NCBI GenBank assembly: GCA_022813965.1
Contig: JALDZS010000074.1
Span: forward strand, 1-64,000
Length of the DNA stretch: 64,000 nucleotides
Source: Toensbergia leucococca
Taxonomy: Eukaryota
Direction of reading: 5' to 3'
Made by a program: the position numbers and the translations under genes. The notes under the pieces were generated by a model. It saw only the letters and a list, made by a program, of their open reading frames with translations. It did no database searches and was not told the origin of the DNA. Positions 24,626-36,128 of this stretch are shown one piece after another. How positions within the stretch are numbered: the stretch's first letter is position 1; each line of letters opens with the position of its first letter.

Positions 24626-26497
24626 GCTGAAAATCTTGGATCTCGATGAACGCGAAGTAGAATCAGGGGGGAAGGCCAGTATTTCCATAAGAACATGGAA
24701 GATCATCAAAAGTCGAGTCCACCAACTTGCTAGCTTCAATAAAGGTTAATCAATGGAAAGATAAGCAGACACACAATGCATATCTGCATGAGGCCGTTTT
24801 CGCTGCGGTGCCATTACCTGCTTGATTGAATAAATCAGTTCCGACTCATTGCAACATGTATACTGTGCATGCTAAGAGCCGGGCTCAACGCTGTCTTTTC
24901 GATGACAACTCCAACGAGTGCTCACTTTCGTGATACAAGCAGCCGCCGCAAGGACAGGAGAAGAGTCCGGAAAGGTAGCCACGTATGTGCTCTGTGGTAC
25001 TTCAAATACCCACATGACGCTGAGCACAAAGGTTACCAGACAGACGCGGCGACAAGTATAAGTCCCGACAAGCTTTCTCTTGGCCCTGCAATATCCCTTG
25101 TCCTACCTTCATCCTATCAAAAGACCTTGAACCAACCAACAGAAGACAATCTTCGGAAGTTGTGCTGTCCGTGAATCTTGCACCTACTACCTCCAAGAGG
25201 GAATAGGTGAATTTTACCATGATAGCACGACCTTTCAGTCTATACTGGACGATCCCGGCAATCTTCTACATCAACGCCTCGTCCGTAATTCGAACATTGC
25301 ATGAACTTCAACGACTCCAACTACCACAAAGACGAAAAATCCGCTCAAACCAGCCAGCAATACTATCACGATATTGAGACAAGCATCCGATGACTTCACC
25401 GGTGATCCAAATCAAACTTTCATTTTCCTACTCACATAAGATATCAGTGACGGCAGCCTTGCTGCATACGGAGGTGTCTTCGTCGTCGATGGTTGATGTA
25501 GTTGCGGTGGATGCTATGTGCAGTACCTTGGTAACGATACCGATGAATCCATGGGATGGCCGTTGATCATTATCGTCATACGTGTGATGGTAAAACATGG
25601 CATATGACCATGTACTGTACCAATCGGCTCCGTCCTCGGCGAGGTTCCCACTACTGACAATCCGATCGAGTTGGAAATGGCAATATCGGTCTTTGATAAT
25701 GCTGTGCGAGTATCCATGTTAGTGATGAGCTCTGATTCGTTAATGGCTGATGAGTATTGTTCTCAGATACTTCACTATCTCATCGCCTGGCTGCAGCTCC
25801 ATTTCAGCTTGTATAACACCCTGCACCCGAATACACTTCAGCGAAGCCAACAACATTCAATCTTCAGGCAAGCTCAATTGCGACGAGACATCTGGAATTC
25901 CCTTAAATTCCACTAGTCAGCCGAGGCAATCAGGTATTCTGCGGATAGCCGCCTCAACAATTGCGCCAAGTCTGCAGCCACTAGAACACAATGTGAAAGC
26001 TGCTCTTTCTTTGGACTGTATGCAATTGTTTGAGGTCCACGGCATTGTTCGACTTGGTGCTTCTCTACTATGGAATCCAGCTTGACCATGTCTTTAGGAT
26101 TATGCGGACATGCGTAAACTCACCACATCACTCAGGTGCTGTAGCTTCGTCCACTTCTATCTGCCAAGACAATAATCTCGTTTCTTTGCAGCCGTGCAGT
26201 GCAACGAGAATGATTTTAAAGATAGGGTCCTCGACTCTGCCAATCATCTGTGCTATTTCTTCTCTGTGTGCTCTCGTGATAGTTGGTCTGGCAAGCTGTT
26301 GATGTTTCACCGAGTAGCAGAGAGAAAGAGGGGGAATTGGCAAGGAGACATAAAGTCAGCAACGTGATCCATCTTTTTCCCTACCTCGACTTAGCCAACA
26401 TCAAACAGTTCTCAGAGTAAAACACGACTCTTGAGATATTATCTTTAAAGGAACCTATCCCTACAACCCCTTTTTAGCACATCGGACCATCATCAAC

Positions 26498-26843
26498 ATG
26501 CAGCTCAAGGCCATCCTTCTTCTAGCCTTCGCTAGCCTTTCTCTTGCCACCCCTGTTGTTGACAAGCGTAGAGTCTTCTCCTGCCGCCATAATCCGTCGG
26601 CTCTGACTAAAATGAGAGACAGGAGCGAGTAAGGCCGAGACTCTTCTCAGACGTGCCATTGACCTCAGTTTCTTTACTGCAGAGGAGCTTGCCGAAACCG
26701 GTATGTCTCGATGACTCGAACATCGAATCTCTTTACTGATGCGCTTTATCTGTCTAGACAAACAAAAGTGTTGCTGTTGCAAACCATCAAGCGAAATCAC
26801 GAACGTTGACATGCTGCACCGCATTATTGAGGCCAGTCAGTAG
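26498..26843 (+). CDS. Small secreted peptide precursor, 77 aa, 3 exons, with KR/RR sites and a CCCC motif (candidate RiPP precursor)
   Basis: Exons 26498-26567, 26623-26700 and 26758-26843; introns of 55 nt (GTAGAG..CTGAC..CAG) and 57 nt (GTATGT..CTGAT..TAG). Product: MQLKAILLLAFASLSLATPVVDKRASKAETLLRRAIDLSFFTAEELAETDKQKCCCCKPSSEITNVDMLHRIIEASQ. Start context CAACATG. Confidence 0.75.
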
Positions 26844-28215
26844 CGGGAGTAGCAACGGATTGCACAGTTTCCCATGTTTGCATGATGCGTTTAGCTATTG
26901 ACACGTACGTGAGAGTGAGGAAGGGTTTTCAATTAGAGCATGGCCCATGACTTTGACACTAAACGATGATGATTAGATCAGATGAGGATGGTAGCGAATG
27001 ACTTTTATCAATTCCAAGTCATTGAACTTATCCCTGTAGGGAATGATGAAGATATAGGATTTGTTAGACTTTCAGCCAGCACCTATGTGTAGGAAATATT
27101 CATCTCTCCCTCTAGAAGAGTTACCGTCATACTTGTCCCTATATTCATCTTTATACCCTCAGTGTTTCAGATAGGTGATCTCCTCAACTAGTCAGGTGCG
27201 AACCAGAAAGACCTTTAGTGACTCTCTAGAGTGTTTCTCTTATTTGATGAGGAGAGAAATTAAACGAAGGTACCTCACAGCATGGTAGTCCTCGTAAGAG
27301 CGACTGTTGGAAAAGTTCTTATCGTGCCAACGCCACCACATCAAAGATTCTGATTAGCACAAACAATCTAGGTGTCATAGATGGTGTGGAAGTGCCTACC
27401 GCCGTACGTGCTCAGCAGCGCAGGGCTGAAGAGAAACTGCGTCCCTGCAGTATCATATTGTCTTTGTTGTCATAAGAAGGCGGATGCGACATGAAGATGG
27501 CCGTGAAACTTTGGACATTGTCCGGAACGAGGTCTGCAATCAGAGCCCAGTCAGCCAAGCAGAGGAATTCGACGCTGCTCAAGGACTGATTACAAGGTGT
27601 ACAATGTGGTGGCTGCCAAAATGATCTGCCACACAGGAACCCTTCTGCTCAATGCCTCAAACATCAACGTTTTATAGACCAAGATACATTTTGACCTGCG
27701 AGGGCAACAGTATCTCTCCCTCCCAGTAGCGTCAGCAGACACAGCAGTGAGGTCCGCATGAATTGGGTCTCAAGTCATGAGTATAATTTTCCATTAATAG
27801 ATTGCAAACGTTGTAAAACTTGCAAACGTTGTTATCAAAATCAAAGCTGATGACTGTATTCGTGGCGGTCCGTGTGTTGGGATGAAGATTGCAAAAAGAG
27901 GTGACAAATTGAGTGACTCGTCCAGTGAAGAGTATCCTAAGCCCAAATGGCAAGCCATATGTTCCTGTGACCCATACAAACGTAAGCGGAGATGACCGTT
28001 ACAAAAAGGAGTCATGCCTTCCTACGTGTGCATCACTTTTTGATTTGCTGTTCTTCAGAAAACGGGCGCGTGGATGCGATATAAGATTTGACAGAACTGA
28101 AAAGCGCCTTCGTATCTCCATTCCATTTCTATTCTCAGAAAATCCACTTCTTCCTCCTATTCAATCTTTCCTCACTGCAACCTGTGCTTGGCTTTTGGCA
28201 AAATTGACAACTAAA

Positions 28216-29130
28216 ATGACGAACGTTCAGCAAGTCATGGAGCTCTCTGGCAATGCCGATCTTGAGTACAAGAAAGGGGAATCTGACTCATGGACGAAGC
28301 TGGGTATCGCCAGACCCAACCACTACATCGGCGGCGCCATCTCTTGCAACTGCAAAATCAAGTTAGATGACAGCATCAGCATCACTCAGATGAATGGCAT
28401 TACCGCGAACAACGAACATCACTCATCTCACTGGACAATCACCTATCCCCCCAGCCAGTATAACTTTGTCAGTCTGGAAGAATATATAGACCCTGACGTC
28501 GACTTCGTACACATCAGGATCGAATGCGGTACGCCCAATGCTACTTCTGGTCCGACCTGGATTCATGACGGTAGGCCCGAAAACCTTATTGAAAATGTCG
28601 AGCCTTCAAAGTTTCCGATCAACGTCGAATCGTCACGCTTTTCCGAGGTTCAGTGGACATGGAGCTTATCGAATCCAAGGAATCATTCGGATCGCATAGA
28701 AGGCTACTCTAAGTCTGCCGCACTTAGGCTCCTTGGAGTTCGAAATGTAAGTAATTTTAGTGATAGCAGGCAGCTGTGCGAGCTGACGAATTCAACACAG
28801 TAATTTGTTCAAGCGTAGACTAATCAACTTGAGATGTCAATGGAGGACATTGCACAAACCATTGAGAGACACACGTCGGCTGGGACAATGGAAGTGGGAA
28901 GACTAAATGCTATTCTTAGGAATTGGCATCTCACCTCTGGAGGCGATGCATAGGCTTAGTTTTCCAATTTTCATGCGCTGTTGATAGAGAGATGCTTGCG
29001 GTGCCAACAAGACTACCTGAATACTTTCTTAGATAGTCACCATTGATTGTATGGTTTTGGAGAACGAAAGAAGACTTGATTGACTTGAAGGAGCTCGACA
29101 AAATCTGTAGGATATATGAGTACACTGATA
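28216..29130 (+). pseudogene. Hypothetical protein with intact exon 1 and stop-riddled exon 2
   Basis: ATG at 28216, ~177 open codons, clear intron GTAAGT..GCTGAC..CAG (28747-28800); the next exon reads *FVQA*TNQLEM..GGDA*A*F. Confidence 0.5.
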
Positions 29131-29411
29131 AATATGGCAGACCCAAATCATGGTAGAATCAGATTCCGTATCAGATGCCCTCAAATGACACATTTGCAAG
29201 CCTCTAGACCAAACAGGGAGTGGGCCAGCAGTCAGCAAAGTCACACAAGGAATGAAGAGAATTCCCGGAACTGTCCAGACTCGCTGTTATGATGCCGGCC
29301 TAGCGGATAGATTCAATGAGAAAGGAAGAAACAGAAGACCGAAGGTATGTTGTGGATGATGAGGCCAATCAGAGTGAAAGGAAAAGGAAAGTTTCTTGAG
29401 TGACGACCTAA

Positions 29412-29549
29412 GTACCCGATCCGGCTAGAATCGAGGAATAGGGGTAGTGCGCTCTATATCCGGGTTACCTACCGTAGAATACCTAGAATATTCTACGGAT
29501 ACCAACCTCCCTCCTCCCAACCTATTCTCGATTCTTCCATACTCGGTAC
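29412..29549. repeat. Imperfect ~140-bp palindrome
   Basis: AGAATCGAGGAATAGG (29427) pairs with CCTATTCTCGATTCT (29521); CCGTAGAATA (29472) pairs with TATTCTACGG (29489). Confidence 0.6.
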
Positions 29550-30034
29550 GCGACGTCGCCGTGTCGCGTTGGTGGTCCACTATGAGAGCACTAAAACATT
29601 TAGAATAGTGTACGGAGTAGCGTGCGGAGTAAGGTATCTCCTCTGTCGGTACGGAGTACGGAGTAGAAGATATGGAGGTCAAGGTATTCAGTGAAGTGCC
29701 CCGTCACACAGTTGAACATTCCAAGTTCCTCTCTCGAGTACGAGCACTGTGGTCTAATCAACATTGAAATTGTTCTATCCATGACCCAACAGGCAACAAG
29801 ACAGATTACTTTCATTTGCAAGTCATTGGGGGCTGAAGCAGCAGGATGATGATGCTTGCAAGGCTTCAATCGGCATAAAATTGGTCCATTATCTCCCGTG
29901 TGAATGGAAACTCTATAGTCACACTGTCTACTCGTATCTCTGCATCCTGCTCTGGTGTGCCTGTGCATCTATTCTATCCTCTCTCCACTTCTCCATCCGA
30001 GTTCTGCTACCAAAGGGCCTAAGAGAGTCTCACA

Positions 30035-31806
30035 ATGGCATACGGTGCCATCCACATCATGGACTCAAAAGCAGTCATGACAACTCTGACACTCCTTTCC
30101 GCAGCTCTCGTTCTCAGCTTCTTTCTCAAGCTGTACAAACAGCGCCGCATGTTCAAAGGTCTTGTGTGTGTGTGTGTTGCCTTTTCCCTCAACGTTTACT
30201 AAATTGACCAGCCCAAACCACCGCATCACCCTCTTCTCGGCAATCTAGGATCCTTGGGCAAGACAATGGCCACTCTTCCTCCCAATGCCCACCCCCATCT
30301 GGCCGCACACATTCTCCGCAAAGAATACAATCTCCCACCAATCTTTTACCTCGACCTCTGGCCAGCTCAGCAGTCCATTCTAGTCATTGTCGACCCCGAC
30401 GTAGCCTTCCAAGTCACGCAGCAACGTTCCCTCCCAAAGAATCCTGATTTAGAGAGATTTATCAACCCTCTCGCCGGACCAAAGAACATGGTGTTGATGG
30501 AAGGAATGGAATGGAAGCTGTGGAGATCCATTTTCAACCCAGGCTTCGCTAGTGGGCATATCATGAAAATAGTGCCCTCTCTCGTGGATGACTGCTTGCT
30601 GTTCATCGACATACTTGCAAAGCATGCCGAGTATAAAGATATCTGTATCTTGGAGGAGGCGGTGACCAGACTTACGATAGATATCATCGGAAGAGTGGTT
30701 CTGTAAGTAGGCATTGGATATCATCATTGCATGGGGCACGACTGATAGAACACAGAGACACGTCCATGCACGCTCAAACCTCCGAGAACGAATATGTTAC
30801 TACCTTCCGCGACACGGCAAAATGGCTTCCCTCAGGCTACGAGATCAATCCTTTCATAATCTACAATCCAATCCGCCCCCTAAAGTATTGGTACAACATG
30901 CGAAAAATGAACAGATACTTGGAAGACGTCTTAGACAAGCGATTCACTTCCAAAACACAGGAAGAAACCCCCGAATCCACAATAAACCGCAGCAAACCCA
31001 TTGTCGACCTAGCCTTAGACACCTACCAACAAGAATTCAACCAAGCCTCAACAGCAGGGACAATGGACGCAACCTTCAAACGCATCGCTATCGACCAAAT
31101 CAAAACCTTCATGTTCGCCGGCCACGACACCACCAGCAGCACAATCTGCTACACCTACCACCTTCTCTCCACGCACCCTTTAACCCTCCAAAAAATCCGC
31201 CAAGAACACTCCTCCGTCCTCGGACCCGACATCTCCCGCGCCCCGGCCCTCATAAAAGAAACCCCCCACCTCCTCAACAAACTCCACTACACCCTCGCCA
31301 CCATCAAAGAAACCCTCCGCCTCTACCCACCCGCCAGCAGCGTCCGCGTCGGCGAACCCGGTTTCAGCGTCGAGTACGACGGCACTCAATACCCGACCGA
31401 AGGCTTCATGGTCTGGCCCATCAGCGCCGCCATCCACCGCCGGCCCGACCTCTGGAAAGACGCCGACGAATTCATCCCAGAGCGCTGGCTCGTAGAGAAA
31501 GAAGACGACCCGCTTGCACCCGTCAAGGGGGCATGGCGACCCTTTGAATTCGGGCCGAGGAATTGCATCGGGCAGGAACTGGCTCTATTGGAAATGCGGA
31601 TGATTCTGGCGCTGACGGTGAGGCTTTTTGATATCAGGGCTGTGTATGAGGAGCTGGATCGGGCGGCTGCCGGTGAGTCGGGAGCTGGAGATGAAAAGGG
31701 AGTAGGCGGGAAGATCAAGACGGTGGAGGGAGATAGGGCGTATCAGATGATGACGTCGAGTGCAAAGCCGGCGGATGGGATGCCAGTGCGGATCACGCGG
31801 AGATGA
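30035..31806 (+). CDS. Cytochrome P450 monooxygenase (StcS/VerA-like), 3 exons
   Basis: TM anchor, PPHHPLLGNL, FYLDLWP, FMFAGHDTTS, KETLRLYPP, FIPERW and heme FEFGPRNCIG. Confidence 0.92.
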
Positions 31807-31886
31807 AGGCCCGCCTAACCTTTCCAAGAGAAAAACGAAGCGACTTCGAGCTTTGCAAGGTGAAACGACGAAGACGTAAATAAATA

Positions 31887-32590
31887 GGCTTGCAATATTC
31901 CGACACCCCAATTGGATAATCCGACACCCAATTTCGATAACCCGACACCCCCCCTTACCATTACCCCATTAGGCAATTATGAGGCCTTAGGCGCACAGGG
32001 AATCATCGCGATTTCGCACCACATTTGCTCCCAACTCTCGACCTCTTTTGCATGCCGTCTACCTTCTCAGTTGCATGCCATTTAGCAGCAAGCTTTACCT
32101 AGGGAACTTTCATGATTTTTCATCACATCCTGACTTGATTCCCCTCACCCCCGGGCGCACGATCACCCCCCCCCGGACGCAAAAACATCGCAATTTTGCG
32201 GTCTACATCCTGAATGCTGTAAACAGCCCCCCATCCACCTGAAACACATGATTCTTCACCTCATCAGCCCCCATACCTCGACCCCGCCCCCGCCCCCGGC
32301 GAGACATGATGATGGAGGTGAAATGAGGTAGGAATTTAGTGCGGGATCAGATAGGAAATTCGGGGCGAAATAAGGTGCGAAAGCACGATAATTCCCTAGG
32401 TAGTCTGGCTTCTAGATGTCACGCGAATGAAACAAGTAAATGGCTTGCATGGTGGTTGAGAACCAGGTGCAAATGTGGTGCGAAATCGCGATGATTCCCT
32501 ATGCGCCTAGGCCTCATAATTGCCTAATCAGGTAATGGTAGGGGGGGGGGTGTCGGCATATCGGAATGGGGTGTCGGAATATTGAAACCC
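31887..32590. mobile_element. Complete non-autonomous TIR element (MITE/foldback-like) with 8-bp TSD AATAAATA
   Basis: Left end GGCTTGCAATATTCCGACACCCC and right end GGGGTGTCGGAATATTGAAACCC, with inverted homology over ~120-140 bp. AATAAATA at 31879-31886 and 32591-32598. No transposase ORF. Confidence 0.92.
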
Positions 32591-32814
32591 AATAAATATG
32601 TGTAGCGCTCCATGAAAGTTCGATTAATGTTCATAACATCCATGCACCACCACCATCATTAATTTTCAGAAGCCACAAAAACAACGAGGAAAATAAAAGC
32701 CTTCATTCCTTTCCATGAATCGCATTACCCGGGTATACCAAATCAAACCAAGATCCCAATCCCAATCCCGATCCCTACTCAAACCATGCAAAGACCAATT
32801 CAATGCCAAACCCC

Positions 32815-34995
32815 TCAATCATCCGCCCTCACCTCGGGCACAAATTTAATCTTTCCCCCTTCATCCCTCATTTCATACCGCACCTTGGCCAATTTCTTCT
32901 CCCCGTGCAGGCCTTCAAACTCGCCCAGAGGCTGATGTTCCAGTGCCGCAACCACCAATTCCACAGTCGAACGATCTTGCTGATGCGCTCCATGTGTAAT
33001 GCCGAGAATGGTGCGGATCAAAACGCAAATGGCGCCTAGGCCGACGACGACGACCCCTAGGTACGATGTACGCCCATTGAGGCTGTAGGCCCAAACGTGA
33101 ATGAGAGCCGAATGGGTGAAAATAGGATGTGCGTCATCTATTGGTGCAGAGGTAGAGGCTGAAGAGGTGGCGTTGGAGAAGTAGTCGACCATGGACAATG
33201 TCTGGAGAAAGACGTAAATCTGAATGATAGAGAACTCATCCTCATCATCATTCCCTGCGTAGAATATTGGGAGCACACGGGAAAGTTCAGTCGCTGACAA
33301 GCGATCACGGTCAACAGTACCGTTTTGATCAACAGACCAGGCAGCTAAAAACCAGTCTGGGTTGAGGATGGCAGGGACGGGGTTGTGCGACAGATTTCCG
33401 AGCTGGTCCAGTTGCACGAGATAGAGGGGATTACTGCTGCCCGAGGTGTCCAAAGAGTAGACTGGGAAGCTCACGTATGAGGTAGAGTCACACCAAGCTC
33501 TGGCCTCTAGATTCGGAGGATTCGGAAGGCCGTACTCGATCACGTTCACATTGACGGAAGAGTTCTTCATATTGGAGGGAAGGTCGGCCGAGAAAATAGC
33601 ATCCCAATCACAGCTGGACGGTGCTTCGGGATTTCCTAGGCAGTCTGAGGGTGAAGAACCATAGTGCGTCGTAGAGTTGAAGAATGCAGCCTTGTCAGAG
33701 AAGAATACATCGACAGAGGTCTGCTTGATGTCAGAATCAACATTCCCAAGGAAGAAGCTGCTAAAAGCATTAGAATCGCTCCAGCCCTGGCCAACGCGGA
33801 TGCACTTGGTATAGTAACTTTCGTAATCCTGGGTCCAACCACTCAGACATCGCACTTGTTGATCATCGGAAACCATTGTAGTAGACACATTCCCAGTAAA
33901 GCAATCCAGTTGTACGCCCATGCTAGGTCCATGTCTTTGCAAGATCGTCTGGAGGGAGTTGTTGTAGGCAAGATCTGCAGCCGGTGAAGGTTTCCCTTGT
34001 GTCAAATTGGCAAACTTCACAAAATCTTCGGAAAGGTCACGTAGGACCTGTCGATTCGGGGCCCAGGCCAGTAAATCGCTGTCTGTGGCGTTGATTGTGA
34101 AGGTGACGGCGTCTTCAGGTGAGATACCAACACTCAGGTAGCCATACTTCATCTCGCTTTGGCCAATACTTGCGTTGGCCGAAGCTACCCAGCTATCGAG
34201 ACTGGATGCATACAAGGGCGCTGTGCATGAATAACCACCTGCCGACAACGTAGCAGCATCACAAGTCGGGAAGACGGTATCGCCACTGGGAGGATCGGCC
34301 GACCCCATTTTATAGAATTGATCTCCTAACTGAGGTGCGGTGCTGATCCATTGTAGACTGGGTAAAACCAAGATGGCAGTAGCTGGACCCATCAGGTTGG
34401 CAAGAATACACATCAAGGCTACCAGAATGACAAACAGATACAACAGGATCTTGTTCCATTGTCTCCGGTTGTATGCTTTCTCATGAGGAGCAGCCGAAGT
34501 CCATAAGATTGGGTCCAACAAGCTTCGAAGATCTGCAAACTCGAGGTGTGTCATCAAGAAACCAATGGGAAGACCACCGCCCCTTTTGGCAAACAACATG
34601 GCCACCTCGTACACCATACTCGTGGCTATATACATGAACCATACCTCGAGAGCTTTGGCGACAAATTGTAAAGCTCCGAGGGTATTGTGGTCGTCCTTGT
34701 CCAACCTCTGAGCCTTCATTATGGCATCGTCGCCTAATTGATCGGCCGAACAATTCTTACCAGGGCACCAGGCACTTGCGCCGATGATGTATCCCTTGAA
34801 ATTGAGGAAAAGCAGAGTGCCGATGGGAGCAAGCCATAAAACGCCCAAGAGTTGAGAGATGAAGACATATGTCCAGGATTTGCGACGGCGTTTGGGAGCC
34901 TCATGTTCTTGGAAGTAGTTGGGAATTTCGGGGCTTGATGAGGCGGATCCTTTTCTTTCCTCTGTCACTTGTACGCTCTTGTACATTGGTGCCAT
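32815..34995 (-). CDS. Hypothetical multi-pass membrane glycoprotein, 726 aa
   Basis: Long intronless ORF from MAPMYKSV; N-terminal TMs (LGALQFVAKALEVWF, NLMGPATAILVLPSLQW), Cys-containing luminal region and a C-terminal TM. Confidence 0.85.
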   Translation of the reverse strand: MAPMYKSVQVTEERKGSASSSPEIPNYFQEHEAPKRRRKSWTYVFISQLLGVLWLAPIGTLLFLNFKGYIIGASAWCPGKNCSADQLGDDAIMKAQRLDKDDHNTLGALQFVAKALEVWFMYIATSMVYEVAMLFAKRGGGLPIGFLMTHLEFADLRSLLDPILWTSAAPHEKAYNRRQWNKILLYLFVILVALMCILANLMGPATAILVLPSLQWISTAPQLGDQFYKMGSADPPSGDTVFPTCDAATLSAGGYSCTAPLYASSLDSWVASANASIGQSEMKYGYLSVGISPEDAVTFTINATDSDLLAWAPNRQVLRDLSEDFVKFANLTQGKPSPAADLAYNNSLQTILQRHGPSMGVQLDCFTGNVSTTMVSDDQQVRCLSGWTQDYESYYTKCIRVGQGWSDSNAFSSFFLGNVDSDIKQTSVDVFFSDKAAFFNSTTHYGSSPSDCLGNPEAPSSCDWDAIFSADLPSNMKNSSVNVNVIEYGLPNPPNLEARAWCDSTSYVSFPVYSLDTSGSSNPLYLVQLDQLGNLSHNPVPAILNPDWFLAAWSVDQNGTVDRDRLSATELSRVLPIFYAGNDDEDEFSIIQIYVFLQTLSMVDYFSNATSSASTSAPIDDAHPIFTHSALIHVWAYSLNGRTSYLGVVVVGLGAICVLIRTILGITHGAHQQDRSTVELVVAALEHQPLGEFEGLHGEKKLAKVRYEMRDEGGKIKFVPEVRADD

Positions 34996-35188
34996 TGTTG
35001 TAACCAGGAATGGAAGAAAAGGCTCTTTCGATAGAGTGATAGTGATCAGGGCTGTCGTCGATGGTAAAAGCGACTGAAACGAAAGTGGATCCAAAGGGAT
35101 TGAAAAGTGATATACCAAGTAGTGAGAGAAGAAGATGGGCGACTTATCGGAGGGGGAGGGAAGAATAGTTCTAGTGTATCCATAATTG

Positions 35189-35214
35189 CGTGCTGTGCTG
35201 TGCTGTGCTGCGCT
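35189..35214. repeat. (GTGCT)n microsatellite
   Basis: Four perfect units plus a degenerate one, upstream of the 34995 gene. Confidence 0.7.
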
Positions 35215-36128
35215 GCAGTAAAGTGCCAAGAGGGTGGAGGGTAGAGGGTGGAGGGTGTGTTTCAGTTGCAGGAGGCACAATCTGCAGTTTGAGTAAGTCG
35301 AGTCTGGTTCTCGGTATCTTGAACCAATCAATCGGCGTGCCTGAGTCGTGGCCCTTCAAGGCTGGGGACTAGACATGGATCAATACCCAGACGGGAAGAT
35401 GCTTCGAGCGAAGGTGTCTGCGGGGATCGCAATCCCTGTACTCTAGCCTTTGCCTGTTGCACGACAGATTAGAAGACGCATCTTTAGCGATGAAGGATCT
35501 AGCTCACTCGATAGCCGTACTCAATGTGATCAGCGTCTCGGAGACAGAAGACGAAGCATGATCAGCTCTACTCTTTCGCTTGTGGCGTTGAGTGCGACGA
35601 GATGGAGCCTGCAACAGAGTACTCCGGATTCTAATCATTCCTCAGTCACCGATGGTGGTGGTGGGAAAAGGGAAAATGAGATGGACTAAATTCAGCCGTC
35701 AAAAATAGCATTGGGAGCTAGCACTGCCGCAATAATAGCCCTACCGCAATAATAGCCCTGCCATGTGGAAAAGGTAGGCGAGGTGGGCCAGCTAATCCTA
35801 GCCCTGCCTCGCTTGGGGGCGGGAAACCTCCTCCTACTCCTCCTTGGCTTCCATATCAGGCAGTAGCTCCGCATCTAAACATGTATGCACCCCTCTTTTT
35901 GCCCTGTCATTGTCATACTCATCCGTTCTTGCTTCATTTGTTGTTGGAGTCGTGATGTTCCAACGCATTGACACTAGGCAGGAACCAGTGCCTATGCCCA
36001 TGCTCATACTGAATAATCTCAAACAACCCAGCTGACTCATGCACGTGTCTCAAAATCTATTCCATACCTTATGCTACGGCCGTAAAAGTCAATGCATGGC
36101 ATCATACCAGAGCCGCAATACTCCTAAT

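Noticed and set aside
24990..26350. Possible decayed minus-strand gene between DUF3328 and the peptide gene
   Set aside because: Only short ORFs in shifting frames with no recognisable motif; cannot be assigned.
22600..27900. Classical multi-repeat KEP/dikaritin precursor near the DUF3328 gene
   Set aside because: No tandem KR-delimited repeat ORF was seen on either strand; only the single-core peptide at 26498.
31895..31955. CCGACACCC units with short spacers resembling a mini CRISPR array
   Set aside because: Eukaryotic context, ~20-bp period, and they are subterminal repeats of a TIR element.
34996..35331. 112-aa N-terminal extension of the 838-aa ORF
   Set aside because: Non-ATG start, and it crosses a microsatellite; more likely 5' UTR.
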